From contig CM075998.1 of NCBI GenBank assembly GCA_038087875.1, forward strand, positions 3,040,001 to 3,104,000: 64,000 nucleotides of DNA. The letters are read 5' to 3'. Source of the stretch: Malacoraja senta (Eukaryota). The notes below the pieces were generated by a model. That model ran no database searches. It was not told the DNA's origin and saw nothing but the letters and a program-made list of their open reading frames with translations. The position numbers were made by a program, and so were the translations under genes. This document shows, in pieces, positions 10,390-23,110 of this stretch (its first letter is position 1; every line of letters begins with the position of its first letter).

Positions 10390-13022
10390 CTGAAATACAA
10401 TAAACATACAACGTGAGAACAGAGTACTCCAGCCTTCACCAGCGAGCTTGCATCAGTTAGTTTAGCAGCACTGGACATGATTTACAACATCTAGTAGCAC
10501 TCATTGCAACCAAGACGACTGCGAACAACATTCTTGAATAAGATCGTGGGCACAGTAGCGCAGCTGGTAGAGCTGCCGCCTCTCAGCGCCAGAGACTCGG
10601 GTTCGATCCGACCTCCGCTGTCTGTGTGCGGAGTTTGCACATTCTCCCCGTGACTATGTGGGTTTCCTTTGGGTGCTCTGGCTTCCTCCCACATCCCAAA
10701 GAGTCCACTGAATACTGTGTTTACAGCCCTGTTACTCTGCTGCAACTAAGAATTTCATTGTTCTGTTTCGGTAGAGATGGCAATTAAATTCTCTTGACTC
10801 TATCTTATTGTCATACGAGAGGGTTTGTATTCTCACACGTGAGGGTTTGTAGGTTAAGTGGCCTCGTTAAATCATCCCGGTGTGTAGGAAATGGATGCGA
10901 AAATGGGAGAACATAACTATCGTGAACGGGTGATCAGTGGTCAGAGTGGACTCGGTGGGCCGAAGGAATTGTTTCCATACAGCATCTTATGATGAGCGTT
11001 TGTCAGCACTGGGCCTGTACTCGCAGGAGTTTAGAAGAATGGGGGGGGGGGGGGACCTCATTGAAACGTACAGAATAGTGAAAGGCTTGGATAGAGTGGA
11101 TGTGGAGAGGATGTTTCCACTAGTGGGAGTGTCTAGGACTAGAAGTCACAGCCTCAGAATTAAAGGACGTTCTTTTAGGAAGCAGATGAGGAGGAATTTC
11201 TTTAGTCAGAGGGTGGTGAATCTGTGGGATTCGTTGCCACAGACGGCTGTGGAGGCCAAGTCAGTAGATATATTTAAGGCAGAGATAGATAATATTCTTG
11301 ATTAGTACGGGTGTCAGAGGTTATGGGGAGAAGGCAGGAGAATGGGGTATGGAGGGAGAGATAGATCAGCCTTGATTGAATGGCGGAGTATACTTGATGG
11401 GTCGAACGGCCTAATTCTACTATCACTTATGATCTTTCAATTCAATTTTTTTTTAAAGATTGGAAAGGGGAAGGTTCATAGCTGCAGGTGGTGAGACAGG
11501 GCAGAGCAAGTCCTGTTTTTGGCTAATGATGCAACTCAGTTGAAAGGACTCAATGCTGCCGCACTGTTCACACCAGCTTTGGGGAACAGAAAAACTCAGA
11601 AGGGAAAAAAAATGCACTAAATCATATTTGATTTGACCGAGTATAGCAATTCCAAAATAATGAAGTAACGTTTAATCGCAGGTTGAGTAATGTACAGTTG
11701 CTGGCTCACACAGAGCCAAATAGGTTTGTACGAAAGGTCAACAAACCCTTCATCTCAACCAGGCCTTTAATGTGAGGTTGCATTTTCAGGATGCAGCCAT
11801 AACAACAGCAATCAATTACCACTTAACTAAAACAAAAATGTCCCCCTTCCCCCACATACGTAGGCATGAGTCACTCCTGAAACAAATGAGCCAGGCAGGC
11901 ACAAAGCTCCTGGCATTCAAACATAAAGTGATCAATGGGGGGGGGGGGGGATTGTGAGTGAACTATTATTCAGCTCCACCACCTATTTTCCAGCACCTTT
12001 AGTTCCAGAGCTTTTCTGGATTATCCGTTTTGCCGGACCAACAGAGGTCACGGCATTCGAGGAGTCCAACGGTACCGGAACATTCCGCCTAGGCCTCCGA
12101 GAAGCCGAGATACCGGCCCCGCGGATGCAAACTTACACTCTCACCAGCAAGACCCTTTTGCAATCAAGGGTTGAGAATGGTTGCGTCCTGCTATCAGGCG
12201 TCAGCTAAAGCATTCCAGACACCAGCAGCTTCGAAATAGCTGGAGAATGCCGCAGGTGATGGATCCCCTTGACAATAGTAAAAGCTCCAAGTGGACTAAA
12301 CCACGAATGCTTTTACAATATTGCAGTGGATTACACACAATTCAACTTCGATACAATCCTGCGTAGGAAGGAACTGCAGTTGCTGGTTTCTACTGAAGAT
12401 AGACACAAAATGCTGGAGTAACTCAGCGGGTCCGGCAGGAATAGGCGATGTTTTGGGTCAGAACCCTTCTTCAGGTACAATGATATTTGGTTTTGCAGAG
12501 AAATACGCAGCATTTCAAGCAACGTCAGATGTACAGGCGACATGCAAAACGAGTGCATGCAGGAATTTGACCCAAAGCACAGTTCTAAAGCCTCTTGTAG
12601 GAACAAAGTCAGACTAAAAGGTGCACTGTGGACACCAGGTGACATTGGACAGGCAGTTGGCTGCGTTTAATTGGCAAGGCATTTAAGAAGCACATTTTGC
12701 AGAACACTTTGTAATTAAACGTTCTGTGCGATCAGCAACTCTGGACACGTGAACAAGATGTGATTGTGTGCATTGCATTCACTACTTGGACGAGGTGCGT
12801 GTTGATCTGAAGTCTTTTGGGGGGGGGGGGGGGGGAGTTTGTTCTTTGCATCATTGTAACACGGATGCAAATGCGTTCTTTGAATTGTACAAGCTGACCG
12901 GCAAAGTACAAAATGAGCAAATGAGCAGGAAGAGGCTGAAATTTGCATGAATTACATTTGGGCAGGGATATGGGAATTTGTTCCCACCTCACAATAGAAA
13001 TACAAATCTTTTAAAGACTTAC

Positions 13023-13099
13023 AGTTAATGCCAGAAGCAGCAACATGGCCAATGGATAGCCCAGATTCCGTTGCCACGGAGACGCTCTTCTTCTCATCT
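13023..13099 (-). CDS. LMBR1L: LMBR1L exon 11 (EMRRRASPWQRNLGYPLAMLLLLALT), 77 nt
   Basis: CAG acceptor and GTAAGT donor; WQRNLGYPLAM is LMBR1L-type. Confidence 0.96.
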
Positions 13100-13600
13100 C
13101 TGTCGGGAGAGATTCGCTGTTAGATGTGCAGGGTCACGGACACACACTTTGACACGGACAATACTAACTATATACTTCACACAAAAAATGATATCAAGTC
13201 CAGCTCAGCATATTAGCCATGCTACTGCTTGGGTTGCTTACCAATGGCATGAACTTTGGCATCACATTGAATGGCGATGCTGGCTCAAGGGGCCGAATGA
13301 CCTTCTCCTTTGGAGGCTCCGGGCTGCTGAGAGTGTTCGAGGGCCTGAACCATCGGGCACGTCGCGGCAACTGCGGAGGCCTCAATAGGCCCCGACCACG
13401 GGTGAACTGAGTAAGAGGACTGAACTTTGGTGCCTTCCCTCACAGTGGGAAACATTGATTCCACTGTGGGGGGGGGGGGGGTGGTTTTATGTTAATTCTA
13501 AAGTGTTATGTTTATCTTATGTGTGTGCTGCATGGTAACTCAAATATCACTGCACCAATTGGTGTATGTGACCATAAATGTCCTTTGTCCATTGTCTATT

Positions 13601-13715
13601 GCACGGACACCCACTTTGACACGGACACCCACTTTGACACGGACACCCACTTTGACACGGACACCCACTTTGACACGGACACCACTTTGACACGGACACA
13701 CACTTTGACACGGAC
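13601..13715. repeat. 18-bp minisatellite (CACGGACACCCACTTTGA), about 6 units, abutting the exon 10 donor
   Basis: Tandem units directly visible; produces the DTDTHF-repeat ORFs. Confidence 0.92.
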
Positions 13716-13719
13716 TTAC

Positions 13720-13806
13720 CCAATTTAAGCCTCCTGGCATGAATACTCAGGAACTGATTTTTGAGAGATTCCACACTAAAGAACACCCAGCAGGATGACA
13801 ACTTGC
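13720..13806 (-). CDS. LMBR1L: LMBR1L exon 10 (GKLSSCWVFFSVESLKNQFLSIHARRLKL), 87 nt
   Basis: CAG acceptor and GTAAGT donor; SCW motif as in LMBR1L; phase 1/1 fits exons 9 and 11. Confidence 0.88.
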
Positions 13807-14446
13807 CTGCCACCCAGAACAAAGGAGACACATTAGTAACAATTTCACTTAAATTACTAAGCATTTCACTCTTGCAGATCAAACCTTGCACTAGAATGAC
13901 CAGCTACCTGGCACACGAGGCTTTACAATACAATATTATTTAAAAGGCATTCATTGTTTGTGAATGCGATACTAACTATATACTTAGCACAAAAAATGAT
14001 ATAAAGTCCAGCTAAGCTTAGATACATAGAAACATAGAAAATAGGTGCAGGAGTAGGCCATTTGGCCCTTCGAGCCTGCACCGCCATTCAATATGATCAT
14101 GGCTGATCATCCAACTCAGTATCCCGTACCTGCCTTCTCTCCATACCCCAAGCTATTAGCCAAGCTACTGCTGGGGTTGCTTACAACCCAATGGCATGAA
14201 CATTGAATTCTCCAAATTTAGGTGACCTCTAACAAATCCCCCTCCCCCCACCCGATCTGGGCTCACATGGATTTCTCTCCCCCCCCCCCCCCCCCCACCA
14301 CTCCTTCCTCGAGCTTCACAATTCACAACTCTTCAATCGGCCCGTCAGAAACTTCCCTCACCTATTATCAACCACGTTTGTCCTGTCCCTCCTCTTTCAG
14401 CTTTCTTCCCCGCCCCTACAATCAGTCTGAAGAAAGGCCGCGACCC

Positions 14447-15160
14447 GAAACGTCACCTATCCATGTTCTCCACAGATGCTGCCTGACCCACTGAGTTACT
14501 CCAGCACTCTGTGAAACGTCACCTATCCATGTTCTCCACAGATGCTGCCTGACCCACTGAGTTACTCCAGCACTCTGTGAAACGTCACCTATCCATGTTC
14601 TCCACAGATGCTGCCTGACCCACTGAGTTACTCCAGCACTCTGTGAAACGTCACCTATCCATGTTCTCCACAGATGCTGCCTGACCCGCTGAGTTACTCC
14701 AGCACTCTGTGAAACGTCACTTATCCATGTTCTCCACAGATGCTGCCTGACCCGCTGAGTTACTCCAGCACTCTGTGAAACGTCACCTATCCATGTTCTC
14801 CACAGATGCTGCCTGACCCGCTGAGTTACTCCAACACTCTGTGAAACGTCACCTATCCATGTTCTCCACAGATGCTGCCTGACCCGCTGAGTTACTCCAG
14901 CACTCTGTGAAACTACACCTATCCATGTTCCGGCCGCATCTATGGAGCGAAGGAAATAGGCAACGTTTCGGCCCGAAACCCTTCCGGGTTTCGGCCCGAA
15001 ACGTTGCCTATTTCCTTCAGGGTTTCGGCCCGAAAGGTTGCCCATTTCCTTTGCTCCACAGATGCTGCCTGACCCACTGAGTTACTCCAGCACTCTGTGA
15101 AACGTCACCTATCCATGTTCTCCACAGATGCTGCCTGACCCGCTGAGTTACTCCAGCACT
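14447..15160 (+). repeat. 66-bp tandem array, about 9 units, interrupted near 14931-15055
   Basis: Same unit; produces the 22-aa periodic ORF 14422..15045. Confidence 0.95.
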
Positions 15161-15281
15161 TGGTGTGTTTGTTGGTAAGCCAGAATCAGCAGTTCCTCAC
15201 TTCCAAGCTTATTTCACTACCATTCATGGCGGTGAACAGATGGCCACGTGCAGCCAGGAGTCATAGAACATTTTTGCATAC

Positions 15282-15354
15282 CATTTAACTTGTGTACTAC
15301 AGCAGCCTCTTCAAATCGTGTGCAGTTGAGCTGTTCTTCCAGATCCTCCAGAAG
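15282..15354 (-). CDS. LMBR1L: LMBR1L exon 9 (LLEDLEEQLNCTRFEEAAVVHKLN), 73 nt
   Basis: tttcag acceptor and GTATGC donor; LLEDLEEQL motif. Confidence 0.95.
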
Positions 15355-17174
15355 CTGAAAGTAAAAGAACAGGGATGAATCAAGTCATCCGTCCCCCTTT
15401 CAACCAATTACATTTAGGGAGCACCATTTTTTTGTGGTGGAAAGTGCTACGATACATGACGTACAAATCAGATAACATGTTGCGGCAATTAGCACAAGTG
15501 GCCAAAGGTTAAGTTGGAGAGATGGGTTTTCAGGAAAGTCTTGCGGGATTAGAGTTCGAGAGCTTAAGCGAGGAGATTCTGAAGCATAGAACAGTGGCGG
15601 GGAAACTTTGGCAATGATGAAGTGACGAAAATTGGGAATGCAAAAGGAGCCCGATTTGGAGAGAGACACACACAGAGATTCAAGGGAATTATTTCAAGAA
15701 ATTGGAAGAGTAATGTTACGGAGGGATAGGAAAACCGGGATGAGCTTTGCCAGTTGAAAACATGACCTGACCAGGGGGCGGTGAACTGATGGGCAAACTC
15801 GGATACTAGTGGCAGAACCTTGGAGGAGCCGAGGTGAGGAGATGGAGCACTGTGGTGGAATCCCACAGTTTCAGATGCTGATGGGCCGACAGAGAAGCAG
15901 AGATGGAACGAGGCAGTCTCGTCATGGATTCTCTATGGGGTCGTCAGCTTAGCATGGCTGGGTTATGCCAAGTCTGGGTCTGTGTCAAAGACTGGTGTCT
16001 CAGATTGAGGGCAGGGATGGAGTCATTGGTAGTGAGTCTGTGGAATGACCAAAGACGGATCATTCGATTAATAGATCAGCAGAAAACATCCAACACTGGG
16101 GGGCAGTGATAGATAAACCAAAGGTAGACACAAAATGCTGGAGTAACTCAGCGGGACAGGCAGCATCTCTGGAGAGAAGGAATGGGCGACATTTCGGGTT
16201 GAGACCCTTCTTCAGACTTTGGGTGTTGGACAAATCCCTGAGACAAAGCAGAGGCAATTCACCCACTTGAAATAAAATGACTGGTTACTTGGAGGAACGG
16301 TGCCTTTAAGGGTAGCACGGTGGCACATCTAGTGGGGCTGCTGGGCTTGATGCCCACCTCTAGAGCCGTCTGTGTGGAGTTTGCACGTTCTCTGTGTGTG
16401 GGTTTCCTCCCACACACAGCAGGAACGGGGTACTGAGGCAGGAACGGGGTACTGATTGGGGATGATCAGCCATGATCACATTGAATGGTGGTGCAGGCTC
16501 GAGGGGCCGAATGGCCTACTCCTGCACCTATTGTCTATTGTCTATATCCCAAAGTAGTACCGGTTTGCGGATTAAGTGGCCATTGCGAATTGGCCATGGA
16601 TAGTTGGGAAGGTGGGAGGGAAAAGATAATATCAGTGCGAATGGGTGGTTGATACAGACCCTGTGGGTAAAAAGGGTTTCTATGCTGCATCCCTCTCTGA
16701 AGTTCCCAAACAGTTTATAATTCACATTTTTTTAGTTTTTAGTTCACTGATTTCTGATCACATATTTCTGATCACAGCGACCATCTCCCACAGCAAGAAC
16801 CTCCGCACCAATTTGCTAATGCTGCACTTATATTGGAGACTGACCTTAGGAACAGAGCCAACTTTGAAAGGCATTTTTATGCACGGGCTTGCTAGCTTCT
16901 TTCAATGGCCTTCAAAATGTCTTTATTGATATTCAATTTATCATTGATAACTTGCTTTGAAAGCTTTTGTTTCAGAACTTTGGATTATTTAACCAATGGC
17001 ACAACAAGAGAACTATAGAGAGAATGTGCAAACTAAAGAGAGAATGCGCCCGAGGTCAGGATCGAACCAGGGTCTCTGGCGCCGTGAGGCCAGAGGGCCG
17101 CTGGCACTCAGAAATCCACCCCGGCAGGAAACAGTAAGGAGAGCAAAGCCAGAGTCAGTCGAGAGGAAGCTTAC

Positions 17175-17239
17175 CCTGGGTTTTACAAGCAGCTGCCCAG
17201 TGACGGTGAACATTCGGGACAAGCCAAACGGAGTGCACA
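17175..17239 (-). CDS. LMBR1L: LMBR1L exon 8 (LCTPFGLSRMFTVTGQLLVKPR), 65 nt
   Basis: CAG acceptor and GTAAG donor; CTP-GL-RMF and LLVKP motifs. Confidence 0.96.
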
Positions 17240-18403
17240 CTGCAAAGAGACGTCAAATCCAGAAATCAAACACCCTTGCAACTCACGCACATCGAGTTCA
17301 GATTGGCCTGTGCGCACTTTAGACACAGCATGGAAACATACCCTTGTGCCCGCCAAGTCCTTGCCAACCAACGATCACCCATTCACACTAGTTCCATGTT
17401 ACCCCACTTTCTACACACGTGGGGCAATTTACAGAGGGCCGATTCACCAAAAACCCAGACGTCTTTGAGATGAGAGGGGAAAGCAGAGCACTTGAGATGA
17501 GAGGGGAAACCCACGTGGTCACAGGGAGAACGTGCAAACTCCACACAGACAGCACCCGAGGTCAGGATCAAACCCGGGTCTCTGGTGCTGCGAGGCAGCA
17601 GCTCTACCAGCTGAGCCGCCCTCAAAGTTTAGCAAACTGAGAGGCAACTTGACTGAGAAGCACAATTTATTTTCTCATTAGAGGGGTTGTCTGGAAAGAT
17701 GAGGGGTTGTGTGGAAAGATGCCGGGAGGCCTTTTGCTCAGGTTGGAGTTTGCACTGGGGGCAGGTCTAGGGATGAGGGGCCATATACATAGGACACAAG
17801 ATGAATTTCTTCACTCAGATGGAAGTGTGTCTTTGTAAACTTTAAAACAGTAACTAAAAGCAAAGAAAGGCACTGGAGGAACGCAGCAGGTCGGGCAGCG
17901 CCTGTAGAGGGGAATGGACAGGCGACGTTTCGGGTCGGGATCGAAAGAAAGGTCCCAACCCAAAACGTCGCGTGTCTGTTCCCTCCACAGGCGCTGCTTG
18001 ACCTGCCGACTTCCTCCAGCACTTGGGGGTGTGCCTTACTCAAGGCTCCAGCCTCTGTAGAACATTGTGCCAACAATAATTAGAATGTTGAAATGCTGCA
18101 GAAGGCTCAAAAATTATGATAAACCCAAAATAAATCAAACAAAAACTGGTAGCCCAAAATATATATATATTTTTTAATCCCCAATCTTTTTGTGCCAACA
18201 ACCAGGGGAAGTGGAACGGTTTGGAAAGCCCTGGAACAGTGGCAATAGTTTGTCCGTTTCCCACGTTGGGACTGTCTGACCCACGCTCTACCCACACAGT
18301 ACATCGATAAACATACTTCATGAATACTTCAATGCCTTTAGCCTTCATGAGATGCATGCATGAGAGGCAGCACTGACTACAATGTTATGCTGGCAATACT
18401 CAC

Positions 18404-18472
18404 AGAGGAGAAGCAGGACTCCAAAGAGAGAGATGCAAGAGTACAGGTACGGAAGATAATAGTCCCACAGAT
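18404..18472 (-). CDS. LMBR1L: LMBR1L exon 7 (DLWDYYLPYLYSCISLFGVLLLL), 69 nt
   Basis: CAG acceptor and GTGAGT donor; YLPYLYSCIS motif. Confidence 0.96.
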
Positions 18473-18744
18473 CTGTAGGTGAAAAACTCCACGTTAGAAT
18501 TCAGGATACGAAGAGAACGGCAGCAAATAGAGTTGGCAGCATTTAAACGGCAGCAAATAGAGTGCGAGTTGGCGGCGTTTAAAACTTTGCGGCTGTAACA
18601 TCTGAAAGTGTCCCGCCGCAAAGATGTCGCGGGAGTGTGGGAGGACCGCTCCAAATCAAGACTCCAAGATTCACGACTAGAACAGACTGTTTATCTTGCT
18701 CCGCCTCGCCTCAGGCCGACTCAAAACTCCCGCGAGATACTCAC

Positions 18745-18871
18745 CGTACAGAGACTCTCTGCTGGCTGCGTCGTTATCGATGATTGCAGACGCCACCCAG
18801 ACAATCCCCAGAACCAGGAGGGTCAGAAGAAAGAGGACAACAAACGTTTCATACACTCGAGCCATCACCCC
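18745..18871 (-). CDS. LMBR1L: LMBR1L exon 6 (GVMARVYETFVVLFLLTLLVLGIVWVASAIIDNDAASRESLY), 127 nt
   Basis: CAG acceptor and GTGAGT donor; overlaps ORF 18677..18868. Confidence 0.96.
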
Positions 18872-20969
18872 CTGTTCAAAATAAAAAGCAGCAATTTAGG
18901 CCACGGTCCTCATCTTCGCTCCACAGAACATAGAAACATAGAAAATAGGTGCAGGAGTAGGCCATTCGGCCCTTCGATCCTGCACCGCCATTCAATATGA
19001 TCATGGCTGATCATCCAACTCAGTATCCTGTACCTGCCTTCTCTCCATACCCCCTGATCCCTTTAGCCACATCTAACTCCCTCTTAAATATAGCCAATGA
19101 ACTGGCCTCAACTACCTTCTGTGGCAGAGAATTCCACAGATTCACCACTCTCTGTGTGATAAATGTTTTTCTCATCTCGGTCCTAAAAGACTTCCCTCTT
19201 ATCCTTAAACTGTGACCCCTTGTTCTGGACTTCCCCAACATCGGGAACAATCTTCCTGCATCTAGCCTGTCCAACCCCTTAAGAATTTTGTACGTTTCTA
19301 TAAGATCCCCCCTCAATCTTCTAAATTCTAGCGAGTACAAGCCGAGTCGATCCAGTCTTTCTTCATTCACACTTTCTTCATTCGCACTTTCTTCATAGAA
19401 CAGTACAGCACAAGAACAGGCCCTTCGGCCCAAAATGACAGTGCCGAACACGATGCCAAGACCACGATGCCAAGACCCTCTGCCTACACATAATCCATAT
19501 CCCTCATTCCCTACAAATGTAAATACCCATCTAAAAGTCTCTTAAATGTCACTATCGTATCTGCCTCCACCACCACCCCCAGCAGCACATTCCAGGGACT
19601 CACCTCACTCCGTATAAAATATTGCCCCACACATCTCCTTCAAACTTTACCCCTCTCACCTCAAAGCTATGCCCCCTAGTATTTAATTTCTTCATCCGAG
19701 GAAAAGGTTCTGACTGTCTACCCTGTCAATGTCTCTCCCAATGTTATAAACTTCTATCAGGTCTCCCCTTCAACCTCTGGCGTTCCAGAGAAAACAATCC
19801 GAGTCTGTCCAACCTCTCCCTGTAGCTAATACCCCGTAATCCAGGCATCATTCTGGTAAACCCCCTCTGCACCCTCTCCAAAGCCTCCACATCCTGTAAT
19901 GGGGGTGAGCAGATCTGCACGCAAGACTCCAGTTACTGTACTATGTTAAATTGAAACTGCAGATAAAGAGATTTCTTCATTGAAACCAGGATTCACTGAA
20001 ACCAGGAACCAACATTCATAATGGTGGCAGATGGTCCGATCGTGTTTAGTTACAGGCTGCTGTTAAGTAACCTGGTTAGCTGTACAAACTGCCAATGGCT
20101 TTGGGTGCATTTGGAAGAGGGAGGCTTCCCGGAGCATGGTTGATGAGTTTAAGTTTAATTTAAAGATACAGTGCGGAAACGGGCCATTCGCCCACCGAGT
20201 CCGCACTGACCAGCGATCCCCACACATTAACACTTTTCTACACACACTGGGGACAATTTACATTTACACCAAGCCAATTAACCTACAAACCTGTACGTCT
20301 TTGGAGTGTGGGAGGAAACCGAAGTTCTCAGAGAAAACCCACGCATGTCACGGGGAGAACGTACAAACTCCGTACAGACAGCACCCGTAGTCAGGATGGA
20401 ACCCGGGTCTCTGCGCTGTGAGGCAGCAACTCTACCGCTGCGCCACCTTGCTGATGAGCTATTGAATTGATGGTGCCATAAACTATGATGGGTAACATAA
20501 TGCAGTACATTGACCATCTGAGTTACTCCAGGCTTTGTGCCTTTTTGTTTCAATGAGCTACACGATCTCTTGATCACGAAGATGAAACCACATGGTCAGC
20601 TGTTTCACTTCAGGCCACCAAGCCAAATGCAACCACCCCAGGTTTGTCCCCGCACCCTCCCCCTCACTCCAAACTCTTTCTTCAGCTTCTCTCACCATCA
20701 TCCTACCCATGGAATTTGCCTCGTGCTCTCTCTCACAAGCTGTTCAAATGCTGCCCTCCCATTCAGTACTCTGCAGCTAAAGTTGGGCATTCATCTTCTC
20801 GCCTATTTGGTATATGCAATTATCACCACCGCTTCCCTGCCTAAAGCAAACCACCCCGCCGTAATAGAAACAGCTATTTGAAAGCGATGACTCGCATTCT
20901 TTTCAGTAGATTTATAGTCAATTACTGCTGCAATTCCAGGCTGCTAAATATAACTGCATCCTTCCTCAC

Positions 20970-21073
20970 CTTTTTTGAGCCAGCAAAACCTTCAGATTCA
21001 GTGAAGAAGTACGCAAAAGGCATCAGGAACACCAGAGAGATGTTGGAGAAGAGGAAAACAAGGTTCCACAGGC
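20970..21073 (-). CDS. LMBR1L: LMBR1L exon 5 (GLWNLVFLFSNISLVFLMPFAYFFTESEGFAGSKK), 104 nt
   Basis: tctccag acceptor and GTGAG donor; LVFLFSN and FAYFFTESEGFAGS match LMBR1L rather than LMBR1. Confidence 0.97.
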
Positions 21074-22970
21074 CTGGAGAGAGGAGAGAGATGAGAACAT
21101 TACATTCTCCGTTAATCCACCCACTGGATCGGACGGAACAATCAACGGTTTAATTAAACAGACAAATAATTTCTTGATGGTCTGTCGAGCAGGCCCTTTA
21201 ATCTGGAGACAAACTGATGGGGAGGTAAATGATTTTCTCTCGCCTTGGATGCCTGCAGCAGTGTTGAAGTGATAGGTCTTTACATGTGCCATTGACAGTC
21301 CTGCAGTTGGCACCCACGAATTGCATCCAGGATTTGTGGCAATGCCTGCACTCCATCAATGTAAAGGAGGGTCACAAATATTGTACTGATTAAAGTTGTT
21401 CTAATTCTCCAGGAGGGGAAAATATCCAAGTCTAGATTTGTTGGGCACAGGACATGAAAACACAGACACTTTCCTCAAAGCAAGAAACTTGCTTGTGCAT
21501 TACCCAACATCAGCAGTAGGTGGCAGCATTGACTCACTTTTAAGGACGAGTATAGAATGTAACACCAAAAGCCTTCATTTTCCAAGGGTGTTAAAAATAT
21601 TAAAAACTGGATTAATAAATTAAATTGTGGTCATGATCAATAATATGTAGGCGGAAACAGAGCAGGTGAAACTTAAATGGAGTAATGTTGGAGTAACTCA
21701 GCGGGACAGGCAGGAGAGAAGGAATGGGTGACGTTTCGGGTCGAGACCCTTCTTCAGACTGAAAGTCACGGAAAAGGGAATCGAGGCAAATGAGGTGATA
21801 TTAGCAAAATATTAGCGAGAAACAGAACTTGCTTCCGGTCTCTATATGGTCAGCAAATGAGAAGATAAGTGATCATTTATTCTCCCTCTTCCGCCCCCCC
21901 CCCCCCCCCAACATCTTCTATCACCCCCTCATTTTGTGTAGCCTATTTTTCCTGTTGCAATGGGCGCAACAAGTGCAAGATGTTGAGGCGTGATACACAG
22001 ACATAGACAGTGGGGACCTGGGCTCCATTTCCCTTCTAGAACCAACTGCCCCAGTTTAAAAACAATCTACAAGCCCCACATGGGATAGGCCTTGTCGGTT
22101 ATTTCACTTCTGTTCAAGGACACATCCTGTTTAGACTTGGTGTTCAGTATTCTTATTTTTAAGAACACAATGGCCATGACTTTGAGAAAAAGATATGATT
22201 TATAAAATTAGTACACGTTCCCTGGTATCTTGCTTTTTAAAGACCTCTCTACACATTTCCACGTCGCATTGCAGTGACACTTCAACTATCGCTCCACAGA
22301 CAAGAAGGGCCACCACCTGAAACATCACCCACCCTTTTTCTTCAAAGATGCCGCCTGACCCGCTGAGTTACTCCATCCAGCATTTTGTGCTTAACCCCAC
22401 AGACAGCTGTTGGGGTGCTCTGCCTTTCTCTCCGTGTCCACGAAGCAAGCTGGAGGCATTCGTGTAGCAAAAACCGTGAGAGACTGGCAAAGGCTGGAAT
22501 TTGAGCGCAGATTGGGTGGCACAGCTGGGAGTGCCACTACCTCACAGCTCCACAGACCCGGGTTCGATCCTGACTACGGGTGCTGTCTGTGTGTGGAGTT
22601 TGCACGTTCTTCCCGTGACTGCGTGGGTTCCTCTGGGTGCTCCAGTGTCCTCCCACATCCCAAAGTCGTGCGGGTTTGTGGGTTAACTGGCCCCATGTAA
22701 ATTGCCCCCTAGTGCGTGGGGAGCGGATGAGAAAGTGGGACAGCGTAGAACTAGTGTAAACGGGTGATCGATGGCCGGCGTGGACTCGGTGGGCCGAAAG
22801 GCCTGTTTCAATTAAGCAATTCAAGTTGAAATGCTACACACTTCCCTTTCCCTTCAGAAAGCAGGTTCTTCCTAAATGTGCTAGCCTGTCGCAGCTAATC
22901 TTGTAAACAACAACAAAATGGAGCTTTGTTAATCCTGTATATCCGAGATGCAGAGACAATGAGTACTCAC

Positions 22971-23110
22971 CATGAAGAAGTGAACCGTTCAACCACTGCA
23001 TGTAATAGTTTTCCGGCAATGAAAGTAGGATCTCATTGCTAATAATGGAAAATGGCAGGAGGAAGACAGCACCAGCCGACACAGCCAGGGTGAACGTGCA
23101 CATCCAAAGC
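22971..23110 (-). CDS. LMBR1L: LMBR1L exon 4 (LWMCTFTLAVSAGAVFLLPFSIISNEILLSLPENYYMQWLNGSLLH), 140 nt
   Basis: TAG acceptor and GTGAGT donor; LLPFSIISNE and QWLNGSL family motifs. Confidence 0.97.

Noticed and set aside
13489..13891. CPCQSG- and DTDTHF-repeat ORFs
   Set aside because: Read-through of the 18-bp minisatellite next to exon 10
14422..15045. 207-aa repetitive ORF, or a CRISPR-like array
   Set aside because: It is the translation of the 66-bp tandem repeat; units are contiguous with no unique spacers, and the DNA is eukaryotic
18872..20969. ZRS-like enhancer in intron 5, the paralogous position to the SHH limb enhancer in LMBR1
   Set aside because: The intron is only about 2.1 kb, mostly CR1 and SINE sequence, and I see no ZRS-like block; an alignment to ZRS would be needed to exclude faint similarity
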